This document shows, piece by piece, positions 31,107 to 41,815 of a stretch of 64,000 bases of DNA (the stretch's first letter is position 1; each line of letters opens with the position of its first letter). Both the position numbers and the translations under genes were made by a program. The notes under the pieces are model-generated. The model did not search any database. It saw only the letters and a program-made list of their open reading frames with translations, and was not told where the DNA came from. The stretch comes from Spirochaetia bacterium (GTDB taxonomy: Bacteria > Spirochaetota > Spirochaetia > UBA9216): NCBI GenBank assembly GCA_965140585.1, contig OZ223269.1, positions 1-64,000 on the forward strand, in the 5' to 3' direction.

Positions 31107-34100
31107 ATGTATAAAAAATTCGTTGTCCTTCTGATCATTATTATGCTGATGCTTTATGGCTGCGCCGGAGTACCGGAGACCGCTGAAAACAGCGAAGAGC
31201 TGCTGCAGTTAAAGAATTCGATAAAACTTCAGTTAAATCAGGGCTGGGAGGAGCTGTATTCAGGTAATTTCAGCAGAGCCGCTGAGACCTTCACTGCTGC
31301 CTATAATGAAACACTGCCTGATTCCTCAGCGCTCAGGGGCAGGGGCCTGGCTGAATATTTCATGAATGATGATTTTAATGCTTTTACCTACCTTTCTTCA
31401 TCAATTAAAGCAGCTCCGCTTGAGCCTGTTTCTATTCCAGCTGCGAATTTTTTAAGTGATTTTTGTCTATATTCAAATACAGATTATCAGCTGTATATGA
31501 ATACACTCGAAAAAATTATCCACGATAGAAATACATCTGAGTGGTCTGCCCGTGAATATCAGACACTGCTTTTTGATTACAGATATAATTCTTCCGGTGA
31601 AGCCGCGGCCTGTGAGAAGATTAAAACTGAAATGAATCTTGTTACCGGCTGGCAGTTCCTGGGACCCTTTTCCAATGTGTCAGGATGCGGTGTCGGCTAT
31701 GATTATGTGAAGATTGAAGATGAAAAGAACTTTGGTTTTGGAGAATACTCATCCGGGAAAAATAACTGGGAACTGGAACCGTATAAGCCTCTCTTAACAG
31801 ATACATCTCTTCAAATTCCTGTTAGCAGTTATTACAGCAAGCCGAACTATGCTTCTATATATGCATTCAGCATACTTGAAGTGGAAGAGCCCGGTGAATA
31901 TGAACTTGTTTTCAGTCGAAGCGGCAGCTTTGAAGCCTGGCTTGATAATGAAAAGATCGTAGAATTAGCAGATTATAGTTCAGGTGAAAATGTGATATAT
32001 CTTCGCCGGGAGCTGCCTGCTGGCAGATATAATCTGCTGGTGAAATGCAGCAACAGGGAAGAATCGTCGTCTTTCAATGCCTCATTTTATAAGGCTACCG
32101 ACCGCTGGAAGGAACGTTCAGCCCTCTATTCTAAACTTTTTGAAGATGAAAGAATCTTTGATCCTTATTTAAATGAACTCTGTTCCGGCATTGATGACAA
32201 TCCGGATTCAGCGGAATTGAGATTCTGGCTTATCTATGCTCTGGAAAAGAAGGGCTGGAACGAACAGGCAGGGGAGGTTTTGTCGGAGATTAAACCGGAA
32301 TTTTTCAGTATTCTGCTTGAATGGCAGCAGGCAATGTTTGAAAGAGCTGAGGGGAATTTTGCAGTTTATGAGAAAAAAATGCTTATGCTTGCAGAAGAAA
32401 ATAAACTTGCACCGGCAATCGAATATGCCATTTATAATTTTTTCTCCAATGAAAGATACGGGAAGGCCGAGGCTTTTCTGGACCAGCTTAATCCGCAGTA
32501 CAGAGACTGGTATTATTATCAGCAGGGCCGGCTCAGGCTTCTTCTCAGCAACAAGGAAACTAAAGCCGCCGCTTCCCTGATAGGGAAAATTACTGAAAAG
32601 TTCCCGGGCATAGCTCTGCCATATTATACAATGCTCAGATATGCCGATAACCTTTCAGATGAACAGCTCATAAAGTATATTTCGGGTCTCGGCAGGACAG
32701 GCGGTTACCGGTCTGCAGTAGTTTACAATTACAGGGTAAATCGCAGCCGCGATAATTTTGCACTCGCAAAGAAATATATAACAGAATATCTGGAACATTA
32801 TCCGATTAATGAATCCTGGTGGGTTGATTACATCAATCTTCTTTTTGACGAAGGAAATGCCAAATTAAGTGATATAAGAACAATAACTACAGAGATAGCA
32901 GGGACATTCCCCATGTCTTATGAGATTATGTCAAAGGAAAAAAGCCAGTCCAGGTATGTTTACCGCCAGCTTGATGCTGTTAAGTCGGAAAATAATACCG
33001 GTTTAAGCAGCGAATTCAGATCCATGTATTACAAGGAGAAAGCCGCCTACAGTGATGCTCTTGGTAAATTGGTGAAATACTATCCGCAGGATATGGATAC
33101 CCGGGATGAATTAAGAGAGCTGAACGGAGAGAGCCTTTTCGGAAAGGAACTGAAGGTTTCTGACAGTTATTCTGTTGTTGATGATTACCGGAAGTCCGGC
33201 TTTTTCTTTGAAGATGCTGATGCTGTGGTTGTTTTTGACGACAGGACTGAAGTTTCTTTCGGCGACGGGGCTTCATTCACCATGCAGCACTTCATTTTAA
33301 AGATATTAAGTGCCAGGGGGGTAGAAGATAACCGTTATCAGTACCTCGAGTTTAATCCGGCATACGGGAACGGCGATATAGATGAAGCTTTTATTCTCAA
33401 AGACGACGGTACAAAGATCTATGCTCAGAGATCCGGCAGGAAACTTGCATTCCCCGGTCTGAGCCCCGGAGATTTTATCGTCATGAAATACAGAATAAAC
33501 AGCTATATGTCAGGGCAGATAAATAATGAACTGTGGTCATCTGTATATTTGAAAAATTTTTATCCGGTATACCGGATGAAGTTTCAGCTGATATATCCGG
33601 AAGATACGGAGCTTTCATATAATTACAATAATGTTGCTGAAGATGAAGTTGAGAAGGTAACAGATAATTTTATTGAAGGATATAAAAGAACAGTTTTTAC
33701 TGTCAGTCAGGCAAAAGCAATTAAGGTTGATGCCATGTCGCCACCTCTGCGTGATATTGCTCCATGGGTTGATATATCTTCCATATCTGAGTGGACAGAT
33801 ATTGTTGACTGGTACAAATCACTTTACCTTGGTCAGACAGAGTCGGACAGCAGAATTGAAGAGAAAGTAAAAGACTTATGCTCAGGCCTTGAAAAAACAG
33901 ATGATATAATCGCTGCAATATTTAATTACGTTTCTGCGAAAATTGAATATGAGGACCTTTCGTTTCAGTACAGCAATTTTGTTCCTCAGACTGCTGAATC
34001 AATATTCAGAGAAGGTTACGGTGACTGTAAGGATCAGAGTGTACTTCTGGTATCAATGCTGAAAGCAGCAGGTATTGATTCATATCTGGTTCTAAGTACT

Positions 34101-34973
34101 CCCGGCTACTACGGAGAACATCCTTATCTGCCGTCTCCCAGATTTACGCATGCAATTGTAGCAGTACCGTTTGGCGACAGGGTGGAGTTTCTGGATCCTA
34201 CAGGAACCAACTATACATACAGAGAAATGCCGGAGATGCTTTATAATACATGGGTTCTTCCCATTACTGAAGGCGGTCATCTGGTAAAAATTAATGAAGC
34301 AGATGATTCAGAAAGAACATATACCTTAATTGAGATGTCAGGTATTACAGGAAATACCGAGATTAAAGGAACGGCTGTATATCAGGGCCGCTCAGCCGGA
34401 AATCTCAGGGCTGCATTTAACTGGCGGAACAGAGAGCAGCAGAAAGAATATTATTCCGCCGCATTGAATACATGGATGCCCGGGATGCTGCTCAAAGATT
34501 TCAATACTCAAAATATCGGAGATCTGCTCTTTGATCCGATAATCTCATTTACCGGAACAGTTCCTCCTGTTCTTAAATCAGCAGGTGATGAGCTGTTCTG
34601 CATCTCTCCTGCATGGGAGGATATTATTGACTTGCGTGTCAGATCCTGGCTTGGTGTAAATAAAAGTACCAATGGAATTTCAATTACCGGGTCTCCATTA
34701 TCATCACCTCAGGTACAGACTTCTATAATTGATATTCCTGATGATTTTATATTAAGCAGCCTCCCTGAAAGCGCTGATTATAATTATGGTGAAAGTTACA
34801 TGAAATACAGCTACTCTTTTGAGTCTAAAAAACTGATTTGTACCAGAGAAGTGTATATACCAGATCAGTTTATTCCTGAGTCGGAAATGAATGCCTTCCG
34901 GGAGTTCCTTAAGCGCGGGATTATTAAGGATTCGGAACAGGTGTATCTGGGAATGGATACCCAAATACAATAA
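31107..34973 (+). CDS. Large lipoprotein with TPR-like, DUF3857-like and transglutaminase-like domains
   Basis: LYGC lipobox; GDCKDQS (Cys), FTHAI (His), FLDPT (Asp). Confidence 0.85.
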   Translation: MYKKFVVLLIIIMLMLYGCAGVPETAENSEELLQLKNSIKLQLNQGWEELYSGNFSRAAETFTAAYNETLPDSSALRGRGLAEYFMNDDFNAFTYLSSSIKAAPLEPVSIPAANFLSDFCLYSNTDYQLYMNTLEKIIHDRNTSEWSAREYQTLLFDYRYNSSGEAAACEKIKTEMNLVTGWQFLGPFSNVSGCGVGYDYVKIEDEKNFGFGEYSSGKNNWELEPYKPLLTDTSLQIPVSSYYSKPNYASIYAFSILEVEEPGEYELVFSRSGSFEAWLDNEKIVELADYSSGENVIYLRRELPAGRYNLLVKCSNREESSSFNASFYKATDRWKERSALYSKLFEDERIFDPYLNELCSGIDDNPDSAELRFWLIYALEKKGWNEQAGEVLSEIKPEFFSILLEWQQAMFERAEGNFAVYEKKMLMLAEENKLAPAIEYAIYNFFSNERYGKAEAFLDQLNPQYRDWYYYQQGRLRLLLSNKETKAAASLIGKITEKFPGIALPYYTMLRYADNLSDEQLIKYISGLGRTGGYRSAVVYNYRVNRSRDNFALAKKYITEYLEHYPINESWWVDYINLLFDEGNAKLSDIRTITTEIAGTFPMSYEIMSKEKSQSRYVYRQLDAVKSENNTGLSSEFRSMYYKEKAAYSDALGKLVKYYPQDMDTRDELRELNGESLFGKELKVSDSYSVVDDYRKSGFFFEDADAVVVFDDRTEVSFGDGASFTMQHFILKILSARGVEDNRYQYLEFNPAYGNGDIDEAFILKDDGTKIYAQRSGRKLAFPGLSPGDFIVMKYRINSYMSGQINNELWSSVYLKNFYPVYRMKFQLIYPEDTELSYNYNNVAEDEVEKVTDNFIEGYKRTVFTVSQAKAIKVDAMSPPLRDIAPWVDISSISEWTDIVDWYKSLYLGQTESDSRIEEKVKDLCSGLEKTDDIIAAIFNYVSAKIEYEDLSFQYSNFVPQTAESIFREGYGDCKDQSVLLVSMLKAAGIDSYLVLSTPGYYGEHPYLPSPRFTHAIVAVPFGDRVEFLDPTGTNYTYREMPEMLYNTWVLPITEGGHLVKINEADDSERTYTLIEMSGITGNTEIKGTAVYQGRSAGNLRAAFNWRNREQQKEYYSAALNTWMPGMLLKDFNTQNIGDLLFDPIISFTGTVPPVLKSAGDELFCISPAWEDIIDLRVRSWLGVNKSTNGISITGSPLSSPQVQTSIIDIPDDFILSSLPESADYNYGESYMKYSYSFESKKLICTREVYIPDQFIPESEMNAFREFLKRGIIKDSEQVYLGMDTQIQ

Positions 34974-35000
34974 TGACGGCATTTTCTATAAATATGTAAG

Positions 35001-35146
35001 TTGCAATATATAACAACTTTCTCTATAATCTGTACTGCGATTTACCATTTGGCCGGACGGTTCACCGGCTAAAAACAAATACAGCCTGTCAGGTTGTATT
35101 CCATTCCTTAATAGGCTGCCGTGATTCAGCGGCCAGCCTCTTTTTT
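35001..35146 (+). promoter_or_regulatory. Sigma70 promoter followed by an attenuator-like leader ending in an intrinsic terminator
   Basis: TTGCAA-17-TATAAT (35001-35029); hairpins 35050-35071 and 35078-35100; terminator 35113-35146. Confidence 0.6.
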
Positions 35147-35203
35147 CACCGAAAATATTTTGAAATCTGCGGTTTTATTATTACACTCATCTTAGGGGGA
35201 TTT

Positions 35204-35368
35204 ATGACAGAACTCAAACGAAAGATGTGTAAATATTCAAAGGAAGATTTCAAAGAAAACAAAGAGCTGTTTGTTGAGAACGCTTTAAATGCAAAATTCA
35301 TCTGCAAACAGTGCCTCCGGACGGCCGCCGAAAAAGACCTGCTCTGTGACCCGAAAAAATTAAAATGA
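35204..35368 (+). CDS. 54-aa Cys-rich small protein (absent from the ORF track)
   Basis: AGGGGG RBS; MTELKRKMCKYSKEDFKENKELFVENALNAKFICKQCLRTAAEKDLLCDPKKLK. Confidence 0.75.
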   Translation: MTELKRKMCKYSKEDFKENKELFVENALNAKFICKQCLRTAAEKDLLCDPKKLK

Positions 35369-35376
35369 GGTAATTA

Positions 35377-36962
35377 ATGACAACAGCAGAACTTCTTGTT
35401 AAATGTCTTGAACAGGAGGATGTGGAGTATATTTTCGGTGTTCCGGGTGAGGAGAACATTGATATTATCCACGCACTTACCCAGTCTCCGATTCGGTTTA
35501 TAACCACCAGACACGAGCAGGGTGCGGCCTTTATGGCAGATGTCTACGGCAGGCTGACCGGAAATCCCGGCGTATGTCTTTCAACCCTCGGTCCCGGAGC
35601 TACAAACCTGATGACAGGAGTTGCAGATGCCAACCTGGATGGAGCCCCTCTGATAGCAATTACAGCGCAGGTGGGGACCGACAAAATGCATATCACCTGG
35701 CATCAATATCTAGATCTTGTGAATATGTTCCAGCCTGTGACCAAATGGAGCAAGCAGATAGTCCGCCCCGATATTACACCTGAGGTGGTAAGAAAGGCCT
35801 TTAAGCTTGCATCCCGGGAAAAACCGGGGGCTGTACATATTAATCTGCCCAATAATATCGGTGCAATGACTACCGAGGCGGAACCTATCCGGAAAACATT
35901 GACCGATGAGAAGAGTTTTGCCGCATACGGAAGCGTTGAAAAGGCGGCGGTTGCCATTTCAAGAGCAGCCAATCCGGTAATTCTTGCAGGGAATGAAGTA
36001 ATCCGTTGTAATGCTGCCGGGGCTGTATTGAGGATGGCTGAAAGCCTGCAGATTCCGGTAGTAAATACCTTCATGGGGAAAGGGATAATTCCTTTCACAA
36101 GCAGGTATTCGATGTTCAGTGTCGGTCTTAATCACCGGATGGCAATTGATAAACTTTTTGACAGTTCCGATCTTGTAATCTGTATCGGTTATGATTTCAT
36201 TGAGTACGCACCAAAAATGTGGAATTCAGAGAGAAATATTGATGTAATACATATAGGCTCTCATGAGGCTGAGGTGAACAAGTACTACCAGCCGATTGTA
36301 AATATTATCGGAGACATATCTGATTCCATAACCGAGATCATAAGGCGATCTGTACGTACCGAAAAACCTGAGGCTGCCTACCAGTTGAAGGATGAGCTGC
36401 TTGAAGAATATCATTCGGCAGCGGTGATAGACTCATTTCCCATGGATCCGAGGCGAATTTTATATGATGTGCGGGCAGTTCTCGGGGAGGACGATATCTT
36501 GATTTCTGATGTCGGAGCCCATAAATGTCAATTGCACGGTATTATCACTGCTACCGACCCAATACCTGCATCATTTCAAACGGATTCGCGGCAATGGGAA
36601 TAGCTGTTCCAGGCGCGTTCGCTGCAAAAATTGTATATCCTGATAGAAAAATACTTGCAGTAACAGGAGACGGAGGCTTCATGATGAATGCCCAGGAACT
36701 TGAAACAGCAAAAAGAGAGGAAATAAATTTTGTCACTTTAATTTTCAGAGATAACGAGTACGGGTTAATCTCAATGAAGCAGAAAGAGAAGTTCGGAACA
36801 GCCGAAATGACCGGCTTTTCTAACCCTGACTTCCGGATGATGGCTGAAAGTATGGGGCTGAAAGGCTATTCAATCACATCGGCAGCCGATTTGAAACCGG
36901 TCCTTGAGGAAGCATTTTCTCTTTCTGTCCCAGCAGTAATCGACTGTCCGGTTGTCTACTGA
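35377..36962 (+). pseudogene. Acetolactate synthase large-subunit-like ThDP enzyme, frameshifted near 36523-36525
   Basis: IFGVPGEEN, RHEQGAAFMA, GPGATN; the ThDP motif GDGGFMM...N lies in another frame; DVGAHK|MSIARYY joins if one A is restored. Confidence 0.85.
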
Positions 36963-37405
36963 TTCTCCATAAGAAAATAGCTGCCCTCGGTAAGACTGCC
37001 GAGGGTGGATATAAGCGCCACTATTTTCCGGCTTACGGCTGCTGCATTTTCTCTCTCTGTTATTCCCTTTTCAACGAGGTAGTCGGCCGTCTGATCCATT
37101 ATCCTCCTGGAAAAACCTTCGGCTGATTCTTCAGTCATACCAATCACGTGGACATTCGCGGAGATAGTGTCACCGATCGTATATTCATTTGAAGAAAACA
37201 TGAACATGATATCAGTTTCATCATTCAACTTGTAAACCGAATACTTCATAAACGGAATTGGTATCTCAAGCTCAACTTCCGCACGTATCCAGGTGTCGGT
37301 TCCGGCATAAATCTCCGGTTTTGATTTTATATTCTCGAATGTGGTTGTACAGCCGGCCATCAGCATAAGAGCTGCTGCCAGGATAACTATTCGCTGTTTA
37401 CTCAT
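36956..37405 (-). CDS. Hypothetical lipoprotein (OB-fold-like)
   Basis: MAGC lipobox, AAGGAG RBS. Confidence 0.7.
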   Translation of the reverse strand: MSKQRIVILAAALMLMAGCTTTFENIKSKPEIYAGTDTWIRAEVELEIPIPFMKYSVYKLNDETDIMFMFSSNEYTIGDTISANVHVIGMTEESAEGFSRRIMDQTADYLVEKGITERENAAAVSRKIVALISTLGSLTEGSYFLMENQ

Positions 37406-37546
37406 ATTAATCTCCTTTTTAAAATATATTGTATCGTAAAACCAGAATAAGTTCCTGTGCATATAGAGAATTTCTTATCAATATTAATTTGACTATATGA
37501 AATTAATGCCTGATAATATTACTAATCATTAGCAAAGGAGAAAACA

Positions 37547-38119
37547 TTGCGTAAACTCATTTTAGTTCTTGTAATTATTGCAGTATCAGCTGCAGGTGCA
37601 TTCGCACAGGATCTTAAGATTGATTTCAAGGTTGATGTTACAGGCAAAACAAGAGTAAGCTATTTTACCTTCACAGGTCCTATCCGCTACATGGCTGCAG
37701 AGCAGGATCATTACGATGGTGCAACTTCAGCATCTCTTAAGGGTTCAACTCATCTATTTCAGCCGTACCGAAACGATGTTGAAGGAAAAAAAGTAATGCC
37801 TGACGGACTTAGAGGTCTGTTTCTTTTCGGTGTTGCAGGCGGCGAGCAGGCAAAGGGTGACGGTCTCAAGGCCTCAAAAGCATCCAATGGTGTTATAACA
37901 ATTGAATATTCACACCGCGGATCAGAATACAAGATTGTTACAGACAGAAACGGAAATATCAGTCTTACTAACGGTACCTTCATCAAGATGACAGACGGAA
38001 AAGATGTAGGCGATATGCCCGATCCCAACGCTATGTTCTACTGGAAAGGCAGCCTTAAGGCAGCTCTTAACGGTGATATTCTTACAATCAACGGTGAACT
38101 TGACGCAGTAAAAAAATAA
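37547..38119 (+). CDS. Exported protein with a DGATSAS motif
   Basis: AAGGAG RBS, TTG start, AFA signal cleavage site. Confidence 0.75.
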   Translation: MRKLILVLVIIAVSAAGAFAQDLKIDFKVDVTGKTRVSYFTFTGPIRYMAAEQDHYDGATSASLKGSTHLFQPYRNDVEGKKVMPDGLRGLFLFGVAGGEQAKGDGLKASKASNGVITIEYSHRGSEYKIVTDRNGNISLTNGTFIKMTDGKDVGDMPDPNAMFYWKGSLKAALNGDILTINGELDAVKK

Positions 38120-38145
38120 ATTAGTTTCAGAGACCGGATTAGCGC

Positions 38146-39165
38146 TTATTCAACGCAGATCCGGTCTATTTTTTTAAGTTCATCTTCAGTGAAGGGGCTG
38201 AATTGTGCAGCCGAAATGTTCTCGGTAATCTGCTTCGGAGAACTTGCTCCAATCAGCACAGATGCTACCTGAGCTTTGTTCAGCAGCCATGAAACAGACA
38301 GCTGTGCAAGAGTCTGACCGCGCTCCTGCGCAATCTTGTTAAGTTCCTTTGCTTTCCGTATCTTAATGGCCGTTTCACTGTTTTCATCCAGATATGAACT
38401 CTCATCTGCTAGCCTCGAGCCCTCCGGTATACCTTCAAGATATCGTCCGGCAAGTATTCCCTGTTCAAGCGGACTGAACGGCATAAGACCGTAACCGTTT
38501 CTATCCGGGCTGTCCGCAAGCGCTTCGGCCCTTCGATCGAACATTGAAAAGCGTATCTGATTAACCAGAAGCTGAATCCCCTGCGATTTCAGAAGCCCTG
38601 CTGCCTCATCGGCAGAAGCGGCGTCGTAGCGGTTTGATATTCCGGCATACAGAGCCTTTCCCTGTCTCACAAGCTGGGCCAGTGCCTCAGCAGTTTCTTC
38701 AACCGGGGTCTGAGGGTCTGGGCAGTGGTGGTAGAAAATATCAAAGTATTCCATTCCTGTGCGCTTCAGACTCTGCTCGCAGCTTGCAATGATGTACTTT
38801 TTTGAACCGCCGCTGCCGTAGGGCCCGTCCCACATATCAAAGCCCGCCTTGGAGGAAATTATCAGTTCATCCCTGAAGGGCAGAAAATCATTTTTAAACA
38901 TTTTACCGAAATTTTCTTCGGCAGAACCGTACGGCGGTCCGTAGTTATTGGCAAGGTCAAAATGGGTTATCCCGCAGTCAAATGCCTTTCTAAGTGTCTG
39001 CCTTGATTTATGAAGATCTGCGCTGTCGCCGAAATTATGCCATAAGCCTAACGACAGTGCCGGAAGTTTCAGCCCGCTTCGGCCGCAGTTTTGATAAATA
39101 TTCTTTGAATAACGTTCTTCAGACGGCTGGTAGGGGAGTATTCTTTTGTGATCATTTGTAATCAT
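38146..39165 (-). CDS. Aldo/keto reductase (YghZ/Gpr-like)
   Basis: LSLGLWHNFG, THFDLANNYGPP, ISSKAG, VLIGASS. Confidence 0.9.
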   Translation of the reverse strand: MITNDHKRILPYQPSEERYSKNIYQNCGRSGLKLPALSLGLWHNFGDSADLHKSRQTLRKAFDCGITHFDLANNYGPPYGSAEENFGKMFKNDFLPFRDELIISSKAGFDMWDGPYGSGGSKKYIIASCEQSLKRTGMEYFDIFYHHCPDPQTPVEETAEALAQLVRQGKALYAGISNRYDAASADEAAGLLKSQGIQLLVNQIRFSMFDRRAEALADSPDRNGYGLMPFSPLEQGILAGRYLEGIPEGSRLADESSYLDENSETAIKIRKAKELNKIAQERGQTLAQLSVSWLLNKAQVASVLIGASSPKQITENISAAQFSPFTEDELKKIDRICVE

Positions 39166-39213
39166 TCTTAAATGATAGTGACAAGTTCCGCTGCAGTCAA
39201 TAAAATACCGTTT

Positions 39214-39681
39214 ATGGGAAAGACAAACGCGGTCAGAATACTAGAATCTCTGAAAATCGGTTTTGATATTTTTGAATATGAGGTTGATGATTCTGATCTC
39301 AGCGCCCAGTCTGTTGCGGCTAAACTCGGGCAGGATATTGAAGCCGTGTTTAAAACCCTTGTTCTGCGGAGCGACAGGGGGGAAGTTTTTGTATGTGTAA
39401 TTCCCGGAAACAGCGAACTGGATTTGAAAAAGGCTGCAAAAGCATCCGGTTCAAAAAAATGTGATCTTGTTCCGATGAAAGAAATACTTGCGCTCACAGG
39501 TTATATCCGCGGAGGCTGTTCACCGGTTGGGATGAAAAAAAATTATCCAGTATATATAGATGAAACATGCATTCTGCATGAACGCATATACGTCAGCGCC
39601 GGGGTTCGCGGCATGCAGGTCCATCTATCACCCGGTGATCTTGTTGAGACTGTGTCCGCAGAAATATCAGATCTTGTGTGA
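39214..39681 (+). CDS. ybaK: Cys-tRNA(Pro) deacylase YbaK
   Basis: KTNAVRIL, VFKTLV, GYIRGGCSPVGMKK, SAGVRG. Confidence 0.92.
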   Translation: MGKTNAVRILESLKIGFDIFEYEVDDSDLSAQSVAAKLGQDIEAVFKTLVLRSDRGEVFVCVIPGNSELDLKKAAKASGSKKCDLVPMKEILALTGYIRGGCSPVGMKKNYPVYIDETCILHERIYVSAGVRGMQVHLSPGDLVETVSAEISDLV

Positions 39682-39711
39682 ATTTTCACTAAACGATGGT
39701 ATGCTGTAATT

Positions 39712-41721
39712 ATGAAAAAGCATACTTCATATATTATTTTTGTAATTCTTGTAATATTTTCAACTCCATTTAATATTTCTGCGGCAGGAACTCTGGATGC
39801 TGCTTCAGTACCGTCTGATGTCCTTGCTGAGGAAATTTCTCTTCCTGTGACATCGGTAAATCTGTACTCATCCGGACTTGCACAGATAGTCCAGACTGGA
39901 AGGATCAGCGGTGATGCTGTCATTAATCTTGATGTGAGTCCTGATGATATAAACGATATCCTTAAAAGTCTGGTTGCCGAGGATCTCGGCGGCGGTTATG
40001 TAGATGTTATCAGTTTCGACAGCAGCGAACCTCTGTACGCCGCCCTCCAGGACCTTCGTATTAACCCATCAGGGGCTGATTCTTTATTTATATTTCTTTC
40101 AAAACTTCAGGGTGAGGAAATCTCGGTGATTACTGCGTCAGGGTTGTTCAGCGGCAGAATATTCAGTGTTGAGGACGGCTATGAAGGCGGTCCGGACTCC
40201 GCTGTACTTAATCTGATGACATCCTCAGGCCTGAAACCTGTTTCGCTTAGCGGGCTTCGAAGAATCAGCTTTGCAGATGATACGCTGCAGCAGGAGCTGG
40301 AATCAGCGCTTGAGCTTATATCAGGTTCAAGGGTTCGTACACGCAGAAATGTCAGTCTTTCCTTCAGGGGCACCGGCGATAGAGATGTACGTATAAGCTA
40401 TATAAGAAAAGTCCCCCTCTGGAAAACCAGCTACCGTCTCAGGCTTGACGATGAGGGCAGTACCCTGCTTGAAGGCTGGGCAATCGTACAGAATACCGGC
40501 ACTTCAGACTGGAAGGATATAAAGCTGACTTTTACGGCCGGAAGTCCCAACGCCTTTATCATGGACCTTGCGACACCTGTCTATGTAGACCGTCAGACAA
40601 TAAGCAGCAGACCTGATGCTCCCGTAGCAGCCGTTGAATATGACCGTGCTTACGGTGCTCCTTCGTCTGCCAAAAGTTATGCCGAGGCTCCGATGCGCAG
40701 TATGGCAACTGATAATCTCTACGATTATGTTGAAGATGAAGCCTATCTGCCTGCCCCGGCTCCCGCAGTTGTACAGGCAAGCGGTGAGCGAAGCGGAAAC
40801 TTCTACCGATATGAAGTGAGCAAGCCGGTGACCGTGAAGGCCGGAACCTCAGCAATGGTACCGGTAATTGTCGACACTGACGCCGGATTTCCTGTCGGAG
40901 TATATGATCCGGCCTACGAACTGGTATTCAAAGGCGTAATGCTTGAGAATGATACCCGGGCACACTGGTCTTACGGTCCGGCAACAGTACTGGAAGGCCG
41001 TGCCTATGCAGGAGATACTATCGTTCCTGATATCATTCCTGATGCTGACCAGCTTGTTACATATGCGGTACACGGCACCTCGGAGGTTATAAAAAGCGAA
41101 GGCTCTATTTCACAGCGGATTTCGGCTATGAAGATTGTTGACGGTATTCTGTACCGCTCTGATATCCGTAGAAAAAGCACTGAATACCGGATAAGCGGGA
41201 ACGAAGAGAAGCTGATCATTATTCATCCGAAAGCCTACGGCTGGAAAATAGTGGAAGGTCCTGAAGTCTTCGAAGAAAACAGCAGTGAGTACCGCTTTAT
41301 TGTGGGTACCGGGAACGAAAAGGTAGTCGTGACAGAAGAATACCCGGTTACTTATCAGTATGGATTGGAAAACAGCGGGCTCTCTGATATTTCAGTCTGG
41401 ATTGAATGGAAGGAAATGTCAGCCTCCATGAAATCTGCTCTTCAGCGCATAGCCGAACTTAAAAAAGATATTGAGCGAATCCGCTCGGAAGCTTCCATCA
41501 ACTCTTCCTCTCTGAGCAGGATCGAGAGAGATCAAAACAGGGTTAGAGAGAACATGAAGGTTCTGGACAAGGATTCAGATTTATATATACGTTATTCAGG
41601 ACAGCTTGAAAAGCAGGAGACCGACATTCAGCAGCTGAACACTAGGGCGGAAGCTCTTGCAGAAGAGCTCCTGCAGGCTCAGAACAGGCTTAAGGAGTAT
41701 ATAGGTTCGCTTAAAATTTAA
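39712..41721 (+). CDS. DUF4139/DUF4140-like exported protein with a C-terminal coiled coil
   Basis: VNLYSSG, INDILKSL, PLWKTSYRL, GWAIVQN..DW. Confidence 0.75.
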   Translation: MKKHTSYIIFVILVIFSTPFNISAAGTLDAASVPSDVLAEEISLPVTSVNLYSSGLAQIVQTGRISGDAVINLDVSPDDINDILKSLVAEDLGGGYVDVISFDSSEPLYAALQDLRINPSGADSLFIFLSKLQGEEISVITASGLFSGRIFSVEDGYEGGPDSAVLNLMTSSGLKPVSLSGLRRISFADDTLQQELESALELISGSRVRTRRNVSLSFRGTGDRDVRISYIRKVPLWKTSYRLRLDDEGSTLLEGWAIVQNTGTSDWKDIKLTFTAGSPNAFIMDLATPVYVDRQTISSRPDAPVAAVEYDRAYGAPSSAKSYAEAPMRSMATDNLYDYVEDEAYLPAPAPAVVQASGERSGNFYRYEVSKPVTVKAGTSAMVPVIVDTDAGFPVGVYDPAYELVFKGVMLENDTRAHWSYGPATVLEGRAYAGDTIVPDIIPDADQLVTYAVHGTSEVIKSEGSISQRISAMKIVDGILYRSDIRRKSTEYRISGNEEKLIIIHPKAYGWKIVEGPEVFEENSSEYRFIVGTGNEKVVVTEEYPVTYQYGLENSGLSDISVWIEWKEMSASMKSALQRIAELKKDIERIRSEASINSSSLSRIERDQNRVRENMKVLDKDSDLYIRYSGQLEKQETDIQQLNTRAEALAEELLQAQNRLKEYIGSLKI

Positions 41722-41815
41722 ACAGTATAAAGGCTTTGTAAATAGTACCGGTAACGGCTGAGAAAACTGAAACTCTGTAATATATATTTTTTATAATAAA
41801 TTAATGGAGTTTTTA

